Under the pieces are notes generated by a model. The model did not search any database. It saw nothing but the letters and a program-made list of their open reading frames with translations, and had not been told where the DNA came from. The position numbers and the translations under genes are program-made. From a virus: a stretch of DNA of 64,000 nt. This document shows positions 29,199-39,641 of this stretch, piece after piece. The DNA is taken from positions 1 through 64,000 of IMG/VR virus record IMGVR_UViG_3300045988_107537. The stretch is one strand, 5' to 3'. Each line of letters opens with the position of its first letter. Position 1 is the first letter of the stretch.

Positions 29199-29518
29199 TC
29201 AAAATCAAGGACAATCATATTACCCATTCCTTCGTAGAAATTATGATTCATTTTGAGTTTTTCACTAACCGTCCCATAGTCAGTTTCAATACAGATTTTC
29301 CAATCAGGATGCTGTTCTGCAAATTTATCAAGAATATAAGTCAATTCATCCGGTTCAATAATATGCGTATCATCATTCAAAGCCTGATTAAACGCAGTTC
29401 CTTCTTGAAGCAATTCCAAGTTTTTAAGAGCATTCGCGAGTGATTGATATGCACCATCCAATAGATTTAATGATAAATCGTAATTATTCGCATTAGTCAT
29501 TGTCAACCAACTCTCCAT
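29195..29518 (-). CDS. Hypothetical protein.
   Basis: A 107-aa ORF. Confidence 0.45.
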   Translation of the reverse strand: MESWLTMTNANNYDLSLNLLDGAYQSLANALKNLELLQEGTAFNQALNDDTHIIEPDELTYILDKFAEQHPDWKICIETDYGTVSEKLKMNHNFYEGMGNMIVLDFE

Positions 29519-29834
29519 TCTTTACAGTTCTGGCCTTATCATCCCAATATTCATCAGCACCGACCTTTCTAGGTGCAGTGCCAAAATGTTCCTTCCACTC
29601 CGGCAAGCTCTCATTGATTGCATCAAACTGAATACCCCAATCAAAGCAAGCCTCCATTGCATCATACAAAAGCTTTCCTTCACGGCAAGTCCAGAGAATC
29701 AGACCAGCACCGTGCTTCTGTTCCTGAATTGCTTGATAAATGACATTCCAGTTCGGCTCACCAATATCAGGATATTCATTCTCGCAGAGCGTACCATCAA
29801 AGTCGATGGCGATAGCACGTTTCCAATCACCCAT
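29493..29834 (-). CDS. HAD-superfamily hydrolase-like small protein (possible nucleotidase).
   Basis: HAD motif I, IAIDFDGTL, is at the N-terminus. Confidence 0.4.
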   Translation of the reverse strand: MGDWKRAIAIDFDGTLCENEYPDIGEPNWNVIYQAIQEQKHGAGLILWTCREGKLLYDAMEACFDWGIQFDAINESLPEWKEHFGTAPRKVGADEYWDDKARTVKNGELVDND

Positions 29835-29835
29835 A

Positions 29836-31578
29836 TCAAATCACCTCAAAATCCACAATCTGTGCCTGCGGTGTGACCTTGTTCCCATACTGATTTAGAG
29901 ACAACCGACATACCGCATTGATGTATTTCTCTTCCTGACCACCATAGAAGTCATTATTGATCCAACCAATCATCCGGCCATTGTCATTAAAACACACAAA
30001 ATCAATGCCTTTTTCTTCGTCAGAATACTTCCACATATTGCCGTTCTTGCCCATCGGAGCACATCCACTATGAATCAGCGGAATATTTTTAATGTAGAAA
30101 TACGGCTCGGAAATTCCTTGTGCCCAGATTTTATGCATTTCATACATGGTCTTCGGCAATGCAACAGTCAACCTACTATAGTCAAAATCAAAATCAACTA
30201 CGATTGCCTTACTCATCGTGACATCTTTAAGCAGCTCGTTGCAATCTGCAATCGCCTTTGGCACATTTCCTTTCTTGATTTTCACACCAGCAGCATTATC
30301 ATGACCAAGAACGGACTCAAAATCTCCGGTACTCATTAAGAACTCCTTTAAACTTTCAATCGGAGAGCCGTCAGGATTTCTCATTGAACCACCAAAATAC
30401 TCTTGATTCTCGTCTGGTTCTTCAGGGCAGGCCATCTCTCGAAGTAGTACGCAAGGTTTACCATACATTTCAGCCAGCTTAATTGCTACAACGCCAGTCA
30501 AATTACTGTCAAGAATGCCAGTGGAATTACAAAACAAAACTTTACTTCTGTCCGCTCCATACTTAGAAATCCAGTTTTGAAGTTCTACAACAGCTTTGTC
30601 CTTAGTCTTGTTTTGCTGATACTTGCAAGACGAACACTCACGAGCTACATGCTGCGCCAGGGTCTCATCAATCGTAATGCCGGCATTCTTGCCACGAGTC
30701 GGAGTATACTGGAACGTCTGTTCCTCACCGACCATTGCACGGAACATCCGCTTCTTTTGCTCAGATGAGCCAACACGAATCAGTGCGTTCATCATCGGAA
30801 CGATATAGAACTGAACATCATTGATAGTCGGGTCACCCTTGATGTTGAAGCTATTCGCCTCAATCAAAGCACAAATCATCGGATTTACAATTCGTGCCAG
30901 ACCTTTCGTGCAAAGGCGCTTTGTCTCATGCGAGTGCATATCCATAACATCACCGATGTTTCCGACGGCCACTAGATCAAGATACCGGTCTGCAACATCA
31001 GTCCAATTATCCTCATCAACAGCCTGAAGGAACTTATATACCACGCCAGCACCAGACAGTTCCTTGTTAGGATATGTACCATTCTGGTTATTAACGATTA
31101 CTGCGTAAGGATTCTCTCTGTCACAGATGTGATGGTCAAGAATCAGAATATCGATGCCCTTTTCGCGGAGTTCCTTACACTGCTCAACATCGTTGCTGCC
31201 AGCATCAGGAATAATCAGCAAGGTAGTTTCAGGTGGAACCTCAATTTCTTTAGAGAGTCCATGTTCCTTGCCACTATGATGCAGAACATTGATTTTTCCA
31301 AAATAACCAATCGCTTTCAAATACTGAAACATCATCGAAGCACTTGTAAAACCGTCCACATCACAGTCTACAAGGATAGAAATGGTAGACTTTTTCCAAA
31401 GGTGTTTATTCAACATCATGACGGCATACTCAATATCATCCAGTGCCCACGGTGAATTTAGGCAAGAATCATCCAGATTCATGTAGGTCTTATAATCCTC
31501 AACCCCTCTATTCTCCATAATTGTTCTAATCGGGTCTGATAGGTCGTTCCTACTTCCCTTCCAGAGTTTTACATTCAT
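29836..31578 (-). CDS. DHH-family phosphoesterase, RecJ-like ssDNA exonuclease.
   Basis: DHH motifs DCDVDG, IIPDAGS and LILDHHI are present in a 580-aa protein. Confidence 0.7.
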   Translation of the reverse strand: MNVKLWKGSRNDLSDPIRTIMENRGVEDYKTYMNLDDSCLNSPWALDDIEYAVMMLNKHLWKKSTISILVDCDVDGFTSASMMFQYLKAIGYFGKINVLHHSGKEHGLSKEIEVPPETTLLIIPDAGSNDVEQCKELREKGIDILILDHHICDRENPYAVIVNNQNGTYPNKELSGAGVVYKFLQAVDEDNWTDVADRYLDLVAVGNIGDVMDMHSHETKRLCTKGLARIVNPMICALIEANSFNIKGDPTINDVQFYIVPMMNALIRVGSSEQKKRMFRAMVGEEQTFQYTPTRGKNAGITIDETLAQHVARECSSCKYQQNKTKDKAVVELQNWISKYGADRSKVLFCNSTGILDSNLTGVVAIKLAEMYGKPCVLLREMACPEEPDENQEYFGGSMRNPDGSPIESLKEFLMSTGDFESVLGHDNAAGVKIKKGNVPKAIADCNELLKDVTMSKAIVVDFDFDYSRLTVALPKTMYEMHKIWAQGISEPYFYIKNIPLIHSGCAPMGKNGNMWKYSDEEKGIDFVCFNDNGRMIGWINNDFYGGQEEKYINAVCRLSLNQYGNKVTPQAQIVDFEVI

Positions 31579-32597
31579 TTAATTCTCCTAACGCAGTTCT
31601 CAATCAATGTCTTAAATTTTTCAGGATTGTCAGTTGGGGCTTCCTTTTTATCCAGAATCCCTTTATCATCTACTACAGCATACACACTTACGCCATCGAC
31701 AAATCGATTGGCAAGAACCATAAGCTCACTAAGCTGCACATCTTTATCAAAGACAAAACAAATATCAACGCAAAGACGTGTCAAAATTTCGATTTGATTT
31801 TGTGAAACCTTCTTGCCACCAGTCGCCACGCAGTTGCAGGCATCCATATTCCACATCTGCATGACAGACTTTTCAGCCTCACCAACATATACCAGACCTT
31901 TATTCTTGATATAAGGCTCTGTTTTGTACAGGCCATACAGAATACGGTTTCTGGCACACGGCTCAAGATACAGATACTTCAACTCACCTTCGGGCGGCTT
32001 GCCGAAATATCTTCCCTTTACACCAACCAGAGTACCAATTTCATCTCTGATTGGAATCGTGATTCTATTTGTCAGTTCATCAAAGCCAATCTCAAACTCC
32101 TGCTGCGTCTCATAAGATATCCCATCGTCAGCAAAAATCTGGTTTACATGAGGTTTATAATAACCGAGGATAGCTTCAGAGATGGGGACTATCGGACGGT
32201 CATCCTCGTGTTCTTCACCTTCATTTTGCATGGCGATGAGCTCTTTTAAGATCAACATACTTTTAGGAAGGTCTTCCTCAAAATTGTGATAGTAGTCAAG
32301 CCCAACCCATTCGCAGATTTGCTTAATAGCTTTTGGGAAAGACAGTTCCAGAAAGAACTGGACGACAGAAATCAAATCATAACTGGTCTTTCCATTGGCA
32401 ATATCTCGTGTGTAATCTACCGCAGTAAGATTTTCATTCTCGTAAATGCAGAGTGCCGTTCTATTGTCACCATCTGGATTTGCACACTGGTAATAACCAG
32501 TCTTGTGACTGATATGATGACAACCAAGTTCCTCCAGAATCGGCTCAATCTGCTGTTCTTCAAGAATGTAATTTTTCAGATCTGCGATATTTACCAT
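31575..32597 (-). CDS. DNA primase (TOPRIM, DnaG-like).
   Basis: A Zn-binding-like N-terminus and TOPRIM-like YVGEAEKSV are present. The gene is adjacent to and coupled with dnaB. Confidence 0.6.
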   Translation of the reverse strand: MVNIADLKNYILEEQQIEPILEELGCHHISHKTGYYQCANPDGDNRTALCIYENENLTAVDYTRDIANGKTSYDLISVVQFFLELSFPKAIKQICEWVGLDYYHNFEEDLPKSMLILKELIAMQNEGEEHEDDRPIVPISEAILGYYKPHVNQIFADDGISYETQQEFEIGFDELTNRITIPIRDEIGTLVGVKGRYFGKPPEGELKYLYLEPCARNRILYGLYKTEPYIKNKGLVYVGEAEKSVMQMWNMDACNCVATGGKKVSQNQIEILTRLCVDICFVFDKDVQLSELMVLANRFVDGVSVYAVVDDKGILDKKEAPTDNPEKFKTLIENCVRRIK

Positions 32598-32606
32598 TGT
32601 AGTTCC

Positions 32607-34130
32607 TTACTTTCTGGTGCAGACACCGACCTCTTTCCAGACATTCTGGTTCAAATTCACTTCAAACATGATTTTCTTTTTCTCACCAAAGCGGTTTTTG
32701 TCGATGTTTCCAACGTAATACCGCTTATCTGGATTCAGCCGATGGGCACAGTCACCGCCCCACTCAGGGTCATGAGAAATGTATTGATACTTCATGAACT
32801 TATCTTTTGGAATCTCCTTGAATAGAACCATCGTCCAAGCAACATGCTTAATCATTTTTGACTCAGCAATGTTGTTTGAGTCCAGCTCATCAGGAAGATA
32901 CGTATGAGCATTTTCGGCCAACTGAATGCTACCGTAGATAAAGATTTTTAGATTTTTCGCAATCTCTTCAAGTTCGGTGGCTGTGACCTTGAACGCTGCC
33001 CATTCACCAATCGAAGCAATATCGTTCTTTAGAGTATCGTAGAACACATACTTGACACCCTGGGTGAGAGCTGCCTTCTGGATCTCGAATCGCAGAGACT
33101 TATCGCTATAATCAGCGGAGACATCTTTTGCGATAATCAAGCCTTGTGATTCGCTCTCAATCCACTGGCAAACATCAAGCACATTGCGATACTCTTCGCT
33201 TTCCTCATAGACGCGAGCGGTGAACTCATCAATGCTTTCTATGTATTCTCCGTCTTCGTTTTGCTTTCGGAAAATGAAGTTTCCATTTGTATCCCGATAC
33301 ATTCCAAGGGTGATTTCTCGCTCATCCTTGTGGAAGCGATGACCATGCAACTCTTGAAACTCAGGATTATTGATTGCAGTAACCAGTAAGCAGTACCGGA
33401 CGGATTCGAGATCCATTTCGTTTAGCAACAGAAGTGCTTTTTGCTTCTGAACCAATGTGACGTATGCAACAATTGCCATCATGTATCTAGTCTTGCCAGC
33501 GTTAGATGGCATACCATTGAACATCACAGTGCCAAGCTTTAATCCTCGGAATAAATCATTCATAATGGGATACTGGAACGGCAAGCCCATATCAGGAACG
33601 CTCAGACGTTCATTGACCATTGGCAGCAGACCGTTATTCAAAATCTCAGCATCACCATTCGTCATAATGACGGTATTGATCTTGTCGGCCTTACCACGAA
33701 TCATTTTGTAAATATCATTCGCTGTAAACAATTCAAACTTTTTATGTTTTACAATGCCTTCAATATTAAACCCATTACGCTGATACTCACGAAGCAAGGA
33801 ATATTTTTTTAAAATATCAAAATATCCTTTAATATCATCAATATTAGCGAGACTTATATAGTATTCAATGGTTGACCAGCCCTTTAACCGCTTATATTGA
33901 GACAATCTGGACTCATCTTCGGCCATAAATGTCAAAACAGATGTTTTGTTAAAATCCTGCGTGCGAGTCTCATATAGGACTACAGCCGCGTCATAAAAAA
34001 ACTTGGTTCCTTCGTCAAAGAAGTCAAATTTACTCATGACATAATGCCCATACTCGACCAAATAGTCAGGATGCTTGTAAATTGCGCCAACAAATAAAAT
34101 TTCGTTCGGGATATTTGAAATGAGTTCCAC
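32607..34130 (-). CDS. dnaB: Replicative DNA helicase, DnaB family (GTG start).
   Basis: Walker A GMPSNAGKT is present in a 507-aa protein with a GGAGGTGG RBS. Confidence 0.7.
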   Translation of the reverse strand: MELISNIPNEILFVGAIYKHPDYLVEYGHYVMSKFDFFDEGTKFFYDAAVVLYETRTQDFNKTSVLTFMAEDESRLSQYKRLKGWSTIEYYISLANIDDIKGYFDILKKYSLLREYQRNGFNIEGIVKHKKFELFTANDIYKMIRGKADKINTVIMTNGDAEILNNGLLPMVNERLSVPDMGLPFQYPIMNDLFRGLKLGTVMFNGMPSNAGKTRYMMAIVAYVTLVQKQKALLLLNEMDLESVRYCLLVTAINNPEFQELHGHRFHKDEREITLGMYRDTNGNFIFRKQNEDGEYIESIDEFTARVYEESEEYRNVLDVCQWIESESQGLIIAKDVSADYSDKSLRFEIQKAALTQGVKYVFYDTLKNDIASIGEWAAFKVTATELEEIAKNLKIFIYGSIQLAENAHTYLPDELDSNNIAESKMIKHVAWTMVLFKEIPKDKFMKYQYISHDPEWGGDCAHRLNPDKRYYVGNIDKNRFGEKKKIMFEVNLNQNVWKEVGVCTRK

Positions 34131-34151
34131 TCATCCACCTCCCTCGTGCTT

Positions 34152-34844
34152 TTATATCTCATCGAGAATTGCATTTATATCAATTTCATTCTCGTTTTTG
34201 CTCTGTTTTGGTACTGTTTTCATCCGTTTCAGTACCGTTTCCGTAAGGTTTTCTTTTGTTTTACCTTCGCATTCACTACGAATCGAAGCTTGTCTTTCTT
34301 TTTGTTCGAGATAACTCGGATATTGTGCCAGCAAAACAGCCAAGTCATAATTCCATCGCTGACTCATATCAAAACCTTTTGCTTCTTTCTCGGCAATTAT
34401 TTTATCTAGTCGGGGTTTCGCTAGAACCCACATATCGTAAAGTTCTAGCGGAGGAATCGAACCTCTATATTTGTAATAATTACCGGAAATCAACTGCGTA
34501 AGTTTCGAGTAGAAGCTACCCGGAACAACCGCCGGGGCATATGTATCTCGAATATGGTCGAAAAGAATCTTTTTTTCTTCCTGTTTGATATGTGCAAGCT
34601 CACGATTGTGGTCTTGTTCTCTCTTTTTGGAAAGAAGATCATCGACCTTTTTATCCGTAGCGGGTTTCGCTTTGTCAAAAAATGCCCTTAGCAGGTCATC
34701 TGTCCAAGGGCGTTTTTGATTTTTCTTTTTTTCTACAAAACAATCCTTATGGTAAAAACCAGTCTTGTCGCAGAAAAACGTGCTACGGTCTCGCTCGATG
34801 AAAATGTTCTTCCCGCAAATCTTGCATTTACGGGTTAGTTCCAT
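34152..34844 (-). CDS. Hypothetical protein with an N-terminal zinc finger.
   Basis: CKICGK...CDKTGFYHKDC. Confidence 0.5.
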   Translation of the reverse strand: MELTRKCKICGKNIFIERDRSTFFCDKTGFYHKDCFVEKKKNQKRPWTDDLLRAFFDKAKPATDKKVDDLLSKKREQDHNRELAHIKQEEKKILFDHIRDTYAPAVVPGSFYSKLTQLISGNYYKYRGSIPPLELYDMWVLAKPRLDKIIAEKEAKGFDMSQRWNYDLAVLLAQYPSYLEQKERQASIRSECEGKTKENLTETVLKRMKTVPKQSKNENEIDINAILDEI

Positions 34845-36004
34845 TAAGCCAGTTCCTTCTCCATGATTGCGGCAACTTTCTTCAGTTCCTCGATGTCAGT
34901 CATGGAACGGAATGCGGTAGACAGGCCAGCCGCCTTAACTGCCTTCTGTGCTGCACTCTTCTTCACAGGAGAGGCGGAAGCAATCAGATCGTTCAGCTTT
35001 GCCTTGATGTCGTCCAGAGAAGGCTCCTTGGATTCGGAGGTGTTCTCTGCAGGAGCATCATCACTGATATCATTGTCATCAAGACCAAGTTCACGAGCAC
35101 GAAGCTTCATCTCGGTCTTAACTGCATCGTTCAGACCATTCTTGATAATGACCTCACGATTCTTTGCGGAACGGTCGAGATATTCCTGATACTCAAGCAG
35201 AGTCAGATCTTCTACAACCTCACCGCCATTATGAACACCGGTACGATCCTTATCAAAGTAAGCAAAGTTGATAGACTTATCATCGCTGGGATGATACATA
35301 CGGAACTCAGTACCGACATTGTACTCCTGACCCTTGAAGCCATCAGGAATCTTGCGGCCAGTAGAAACGCTCACAGAAGAACCATTCACCAGTTTGGTTT
35401 CAGTCTCATCCTTCTCACGGCAAATGACGATGTAGCTCACGCCAGTTGCATTCAAATCCAGGATCAGGGACTGACCCTTAAAGTTCAGCTGCTGATAATC
35501 CTTCAACTCCATACCAGCACCCTCGATCTTCACCGACTTCTCATCACCGGTCAGACCCTGTGCTGCAGCCTTAACTTTTGCACGCTTCTGCGAGAAATTA
35601 GTCAAGCCCTGTTTCGTAGTCAGATTAAGGATGGTTGCGGAATCAACAACAATAGCGTCAGCACGGAAAGGCTTACCGTCAGCATCCAGCCAAACATTAC
35701 CATCCTCATCCTCGAAGTCCTCATTGTCAGCAACGGTATGGATGAAATCCTGTACCTCTGCGAGAGACTGAGTGTAAACAATACGGAGATTCATCGGGTC
35801 GAGCCCATTATCCATCAGTTCCTCACGATAATCGTCGATAGAACCAGACTCAGTATCCAGATACAGAACACGGAACGGACGACCTTCAGGAGTCTTCATG
35901 TAGCAGAACTGCATAGCAAATCGAGACTTACCAGTTCCCTGCTCGCCATACACAAGCATACGAAGCTTCTTACGAATAGCAGATGCATCACAAACAATAG
36001 CCAT
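34844..36004 (-). CDS. RecA-like / AAA_24 family ATPase (Sak4-like recombination or replication protein).
   Basis: Walker A VYGEQGTGKS, LYLDTESG, and a C-terminal acidic region are present. Confidence 0.55.
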   Translation of the reverse strand: MAIVCDASAIRKKLRMLVYGEQGTGKSRFAMQFCYMKTPEGRPFRVLYLDTESGSIDDYREELMDNGLDPMNLRIVYTQSLAEVQDFIHTVADNEDFEDEDGNVWLDADGKPFRADAIVVDSATILNLTTKQGLTNFSQKRAKVKAAAQGLTGDEKSVKIEGAGMELKDYQQLNFKGQSLILDLNATGVSYIVICREKDETETKLVNGSSVSVSTGRKIPDGFKGQEYNVGTEFRMYHPSDDKSINFAYFDKDRTGVHNGGEVVEDLTLLEYQEYLDRSAKNREVIIKNGLNDAVKTEMKLRARELGLDDNDISDDAPAENTSESKEPSLDDIKAKLNDLIASASPVKKSAAQKAVKAAGLSTAFRSMTDIEELKKVAAIMEKELA

Positions 36005-36040
36005 ATATGTAAATTCCTCTCTAAATCTTTTCTTTTATTG

Positions 36041-36061
36041 GTATCCTGTATTACACAGCTA
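36041..36061 (-). promoter_or_regulatory. Conserved motif copy (minus sense TAGCTGTGTAATACAGGATAC, extended -10 TGTGTAAT) upstream of the AAA ATPase gene.
   Basis: Read directly from the sequence. Confidence 0.45.
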
Positions 36062-36074
36062 AGACTAAAAAATT

Positions 36075-37175
36075 TTAGCCCCAGTTGATATCTTCCTCAT
36101 CTTCAGGAGTTACAGTAGACTTATTAGAACCACCCCACCAAGAGGTATCATTCTCAGCAGCCTTGCCATCGAAGTCCTTCTTTGCCTGAGCATTGGCAGC
36201 AATCTTTGCCCGTGCCTCGGAGATATTGTCCTCAGTGTAAGTGGGCTTCGCATCCTTCTCGCCGGGGTTCGGATCAAAGGAATCAGGGTTAACACCCTCA
36301 ATATACAGCTTGCGAACCGCCGGAGTGCTCTGGCGCTTCATCTTGTTGGGGCCACCCCAGATATTCTCGGTCTCAACTTCCTCAACCTTCTGCTGATTAA
36401 CGATAGGGCCAAAGCACTCAAAACTGGTATAGGGCTTCAGACGCTTACGAATAGAGTCTGCCAGAACCTTATTCTGAGTATTTGCCTTGTAATCAATGAA
36501 GAACTCTGCATCCTCAATGGTGCTGTAGTTCACGATCTTTGCATCGATAACTACCTCATCGCCCTCATCACTCTTGCGGCAACCAGTGTAAACAATGGTC
36601 TGAGTGAACAGAGCCAGTTCCTCAAAACCCTCTGCATCGAAGTCGATTTCCTTAGAACTCAGAGAAACCTGAGTAGGAACAAAGCGAATCTGATGCTTGC
36701 CATTGTAAGTGCTGTACTCGATGTTGCCACGGACATACACGTTGTCGCCGTCATGCAGATTCTCAGAAATCTCCTTAGCCGCATCGAAGTCAGTCAGAGT
36801 CTTGTTATCGTTGACAGCCTTACCGGGCTCATTCGTCTTCTTGGTAACACCGACCTTAACGCCAATCATGTCATAGCCTTCCGGTGCAACATAGGTCATG
36901 CGATCCTTCCAAGCGACTTCCTTCTTGTCCTTCTCAATGCCCTTGTCCTTATCGGCACGGCGGAAGAAGTAAACCTTGTCACGAGGCATACCAGCCAGAT
37001 CAATATAGAAAGTGTTTTCGTTAGAGGTCTGAATGCCAAAGCTCAGAACACGGCGCATAGCACCACTCTTGGTCTCCTTCTCATTATAGAAGTTGCTACG
37101 CTGAGTGCCGGTGACCTTACCAGCCATCTCAAAAGAGCCACGGGTCTGAGGAAGATTAAAAATTCTATCTGCCAT
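36075..37175 (-). CDS. Putative single-stranded DNA-binding protein.
   Basis: The call rests on an acidic C-terminal tail PEDEEDINWG and on position within the recombination/replication module. No strong motif supports it. Confidence 0.35.
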   Translation of the reverse strand: MADRIFNLPQTRGSFEMAGKVTGTQRSNFYNEKETKSGAMRRVLSFGIQTSNENTFYIDLAGMPRDKVYFFRRADKDKGIEKDKKEVAWKDRMTYVAPEGYDMIGVKVGVTKKTNEPGKAVNDNKTLTDFDAAKEISENLHDGDNVYVRGNIEYSTYNGKHQIRFVPTQVSLSSKEIDFDAEGFEELALFTQTIVYTGCRKSDEGDEVVIDAKIVNYSTIEDAEFFIDYKANTQNKVLADSIRKRLKPYTSFECFGPIVNQQKVEEVETENIWGGPNKMKRQSTPAVRKLYIEGVNPDSFDPNPGEKDAKPTYTEDNISEARAKIAANAQAKKDFDGKAAENDTSWWGGSNKSTVTPEDEEDINWG

Positions 37176-37320
37176 ATCAAGTCTCCTTTATGTAATTTTG
37201 TTTCACTGATAATCACTTATGTTGCTTTCTGCTATCTTAAATCAATTCATGCACTATTCATTCTATATGTTGTCCTCCGTCTGGCTTATTGATGGCTTAT
37301 ATTTCATACGGCTTTTGCCG

Positions 37321-37533
37321 TTAGAAATCGTCCTTTAAGGGATTATGTAAAAACATCGCGCCGAGCACTACTGGGAGCCGTTCTGAACATTCAGGACACA
37401 AATCAAAACTCAAACATGAACCATCAAGTTGGCTACCGTAAGAGTATTGATGTTCAAAACTGATTCCCTGCTCGCTGCCTATCGGCTTGATTTCACGACC
37501 ACACCAGTTACATATTTTCTTACATGTGTTCAT
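37321..37533 (-). CDS. Small zinc-ribbon protein.
   Basis: CNWCGRE...CPECSE. Confidence 0.45.
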   Translation of the reverse strand: MNTCKKICNWCGREIKPIGSEQGISFEHQYSYGSQLDGSCLSFDLCPECSERLPVVLGAMFLHNPLKDDF

Positions 37534-37549
37534 ACGGCATCACCCCATT

Positions 37550-37837
37550 TTAATATTCCCTATCACGGAACATCTTAGATTGAGCACGAGCCAATCTGTT
37601 GTTCCGACCATGCTTAGGTCTGAACGCGGACTGCAGTTTGTTATTTGCATATTCGAGATCGCTCTCCAGAATCTTCGCAGCTTCTTCAATATAATCTCGA
37701 ATTGCACAATACTGGTCACTGCTGATGCGGTGCGTCTTTAGATAATCAAGCATATCGACAGCCTGATTTTTTAAAAGAAGTGCATCTTCAAGCTGGGTTT
37801 TGCGTCGTTGGAAGAAATCCATATTCATATGTGTCAC
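37550..37837 (-). CDS. Hypothetical protein.
   Basis: A 95-aa ORF. Confidence 0.45.
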   Translation of the reverse strand: MTHMNMDFFQRRKTQLEDALLLKNQAVDMLDYLKTHRISSDQYCAIRDYIEEAAKILESDLEYANNKLQSAFRPKHGRNNRLARAQSKMFRDREY

Positions 37838-38151
37838 TCCTTCTTTGCAAAAGGATTATACTCACTAGGGTCGGCTTTATTTGCCCACTCGACCCACTTA
37901 ACAACCTTTTCACGAAGTTCATCGTCAAGTAAAAATGGCTCACGAATCAAAATAATCTTTGGATTTTTCTTCATGATGTCTGCATTGGTCTTGATTTCAT
38001 CATAATCAATCGAGCCATAAAACATCTTGCTACGAACCTTGTCGCTATGACTTGAAATACGACGAGTGAACGATTCCTCACGAAACTTAAACTTCTCGGT
38101 CAGATGCGGATTGAGCTTCAAATCATACTCTTGAATGTATCCGACTTTCAC
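37834..38151 (-). CDS. Hypothetical protein.
   Basis: A 105-aa ORF. Confidence 0.45.
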   Translation of the reverse strand: MKVGYIQEYDLKLNPHLTEKFKFREESFTRRISSHSDKVRSKMFYGSIDYDEIKTNADIMKKNPKIILIREPFLLDDELREKVVKWVEWANKADPSEYNPFAKKE

Positions 38152-38381
38152 AGCACTTCACCTCCACTAAAACCGCAATCACGCTTGACGTTCTTATCAG
38201 TCCATCGGCTCCAATCCATCTTGTGATGACACTCTGGACACTTCGGCTCAAGCTTCTCTAATTTTGTCACACAAAACGGACAAAGATATGTATTCTTTTC
38301 CTTTTGGAAGATAGGACTTGCCGGAATACTCAAAGAGCCAGGGTCGATGGTTGCATTGACAGGAATTTTGCTGTTCATCAT
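38148..38381 (-). CDS. Small zinc-ribbon protein.
   Basis: CPFCVT...CPECHH. Confidence 0.45.
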   Translation of the reverse strand: MMNSKIPVNATIDPGSLSIPASPIFQKEKNTYLCPFCVTKLEKLEPKCPECHHKMDWSRWTDKNVKRDCGFSGGEVL

Positions 38382-38398
38382 GTCACCTCTTGTTTGAA

Positions 38399-38935
38399 TT
38401 AGCCTTTTATAAGTTTTCGTAACTCCAACTTGCTTGGTAAGAAGTCTCGGCAGAAATAAGCACTGCCAAATGACACTCCCTCGACGGGCTTATCCTTATG
38501 CTTGTCATCCATAAATCCGATTCTTGAGTCAAAGCAGAGCATTTGAACATCGTTATTGAAGATTTCAAATCTCGTCTTGCCTTGGATACTGTTTGCCGGA
38601 AGTAATAAAGCAAATGGTTTTCCAAGCTCATACGCTCTGCGGAGCACCCTATCTTTCTTACTAAACGGCGGATTTGAAATCATAATATCCCAGCACTCAG
38701 GTTCATATGTAAAGAAATCTTGCCCATTATCAATGTGGCTGCACTCTACTTGATATCCCGCTTCTCGAAATACTTTTGCGAATTCAGACCAATCCTTATC
38801 AAATGGACACCAAATCACTACTTGGCTCGATGGGGGGGTGAACTCAAGCAACGGAGTTACTGCGTACCGTGGCGTGTATCGCTCATCCCCATTAGATGAA
38901 CGGTCTGCCGTAAGATAACCCTTATTTTCTGGCAT
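38399..38935 (-). CDS. N6-adenine DNA methyltransferase (phage Dam-like).
   Basis: DIMISNPPF (the NPPF motif) and an N-terminal ERYTPRYAVTPLLEF are present. The start is refined to MPENKGY. Confidence 0.7.
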   Translation of the reverse strand: MPENKGYLTADRSSNGDERYTPRYAVTPLLEFTPPSSQVVIWCPFDKDWSEFAKVFREAGYQVECSHIDNGQDFFTYEPECWDIMISNPPFSKKDRVLRRAYELGKPFALLLPANSIQGKTRFEIFNNDVQMLCFDSRIGFMDDKHKDKPVEGVSFGSAYFCRDFLPSKLELRKLIKG

Positions 38936-39566
38936 TTTCGCCCTCACTTTCGATGTAAGCCGAGAACTGTTCTGCAAAAGCACGAGCAATCCCATGGAAG
39001 GTCTTAGCTCTATTCTTTGCATCCTCACCACGTTTAGCTGCGCCACGATTTCTTACATTGCCTTTATTGGCCGAAGTTCCACAAGGGCAATACGGGCCCT
39101 TCGGTTCAACCGCTTCAACCGGAACCAGATTAGGAAGACCTTTCAGCCATAAACAGGTCTTCTTTGTCCATGGATGGTCCTTACCATAAAATTCATATGG
39201 CTGAATCATCTGCGATGGTTTTGGCATTTCATAAACAGCACTCGGAATTGGATTCTCAACACAAATGTGTTTGATCGGTGCGTTGTAAAACGCCATAAAG
39301 AATTCCTTAGCTTCTAATCCCTGTTGATACCGTTCTTGATTCAATTTGTGCCCAGCCCACAACCATCGTGCGCCAGCATTTGATAAATATGTACACGGAG
39401 GATGTGCAATCAATAGATCCCACTGCTCAACATAGTGTTGTATGCCATCCATTGTGACTATCTGCCCACCCTGTAGAGCTGCCAGTGCGTTACCCAAAAT
39501 ATGCCACTCTGGGTGACCACCGGACGGAGGTTGAATATCGCAAGAATACGCTTCATGACCAAGCAA
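38922..39566 (-). CDS. Small C5-cytosine DNA methyltransferase-like protein (motifs IV and VI present; N-terminal motif I not recognisable).
   Basis: IAHPPCTYLSNAG resembles the GxPPCQxFSxAG motif, and CVENPIP resembles ENV. The TTG start is odd: a strong RBS plus ATG sits 70 nt upstream in the +1 frame and encodes only MCNLTSFNCL. Confidence 0.45.
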   Translation of the reverse strand: MLGHEAYSCDIQPPSGGHPEWHILGNALAALQGGQIVTMDGIQHYVEQWDLLIAHPPCTYLSNAGARWLWAGHKLNQERYQQGLEAKEFFMAFYNAPIKHICVENPIPSAVYEMPKPSQMIQPYEFYGKDHPWTKKTCLWLKGLPNLVPVEAVEPKGPYCPCGTSANKGNVRNRGAAKRGEDAKNRAKTFHGIARAFAEQFSAYIESEGENARK

Positions 39567-39641
39567 TCGAAATGCTTTACAAACTTCCTGTGATTCTTCA
39601 CAGGCAATTAAAACTCGTAAGATTACACATTCCTCCTTTTC

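Noticed and set aside
35231-36088. Long plus-strand ORFs (for example 35231..36088, 36693..37292, 23484..24362, 20365..21111, 40913..41566, 43747..44451, 55490..56242, 56236..56943).
   Set aside because: These ORFs lie entirely antisense to well-supported minus-strand genes with recognisable motifs. They have no RBS context and a low-complexity composition, so they are shadow ORFs.
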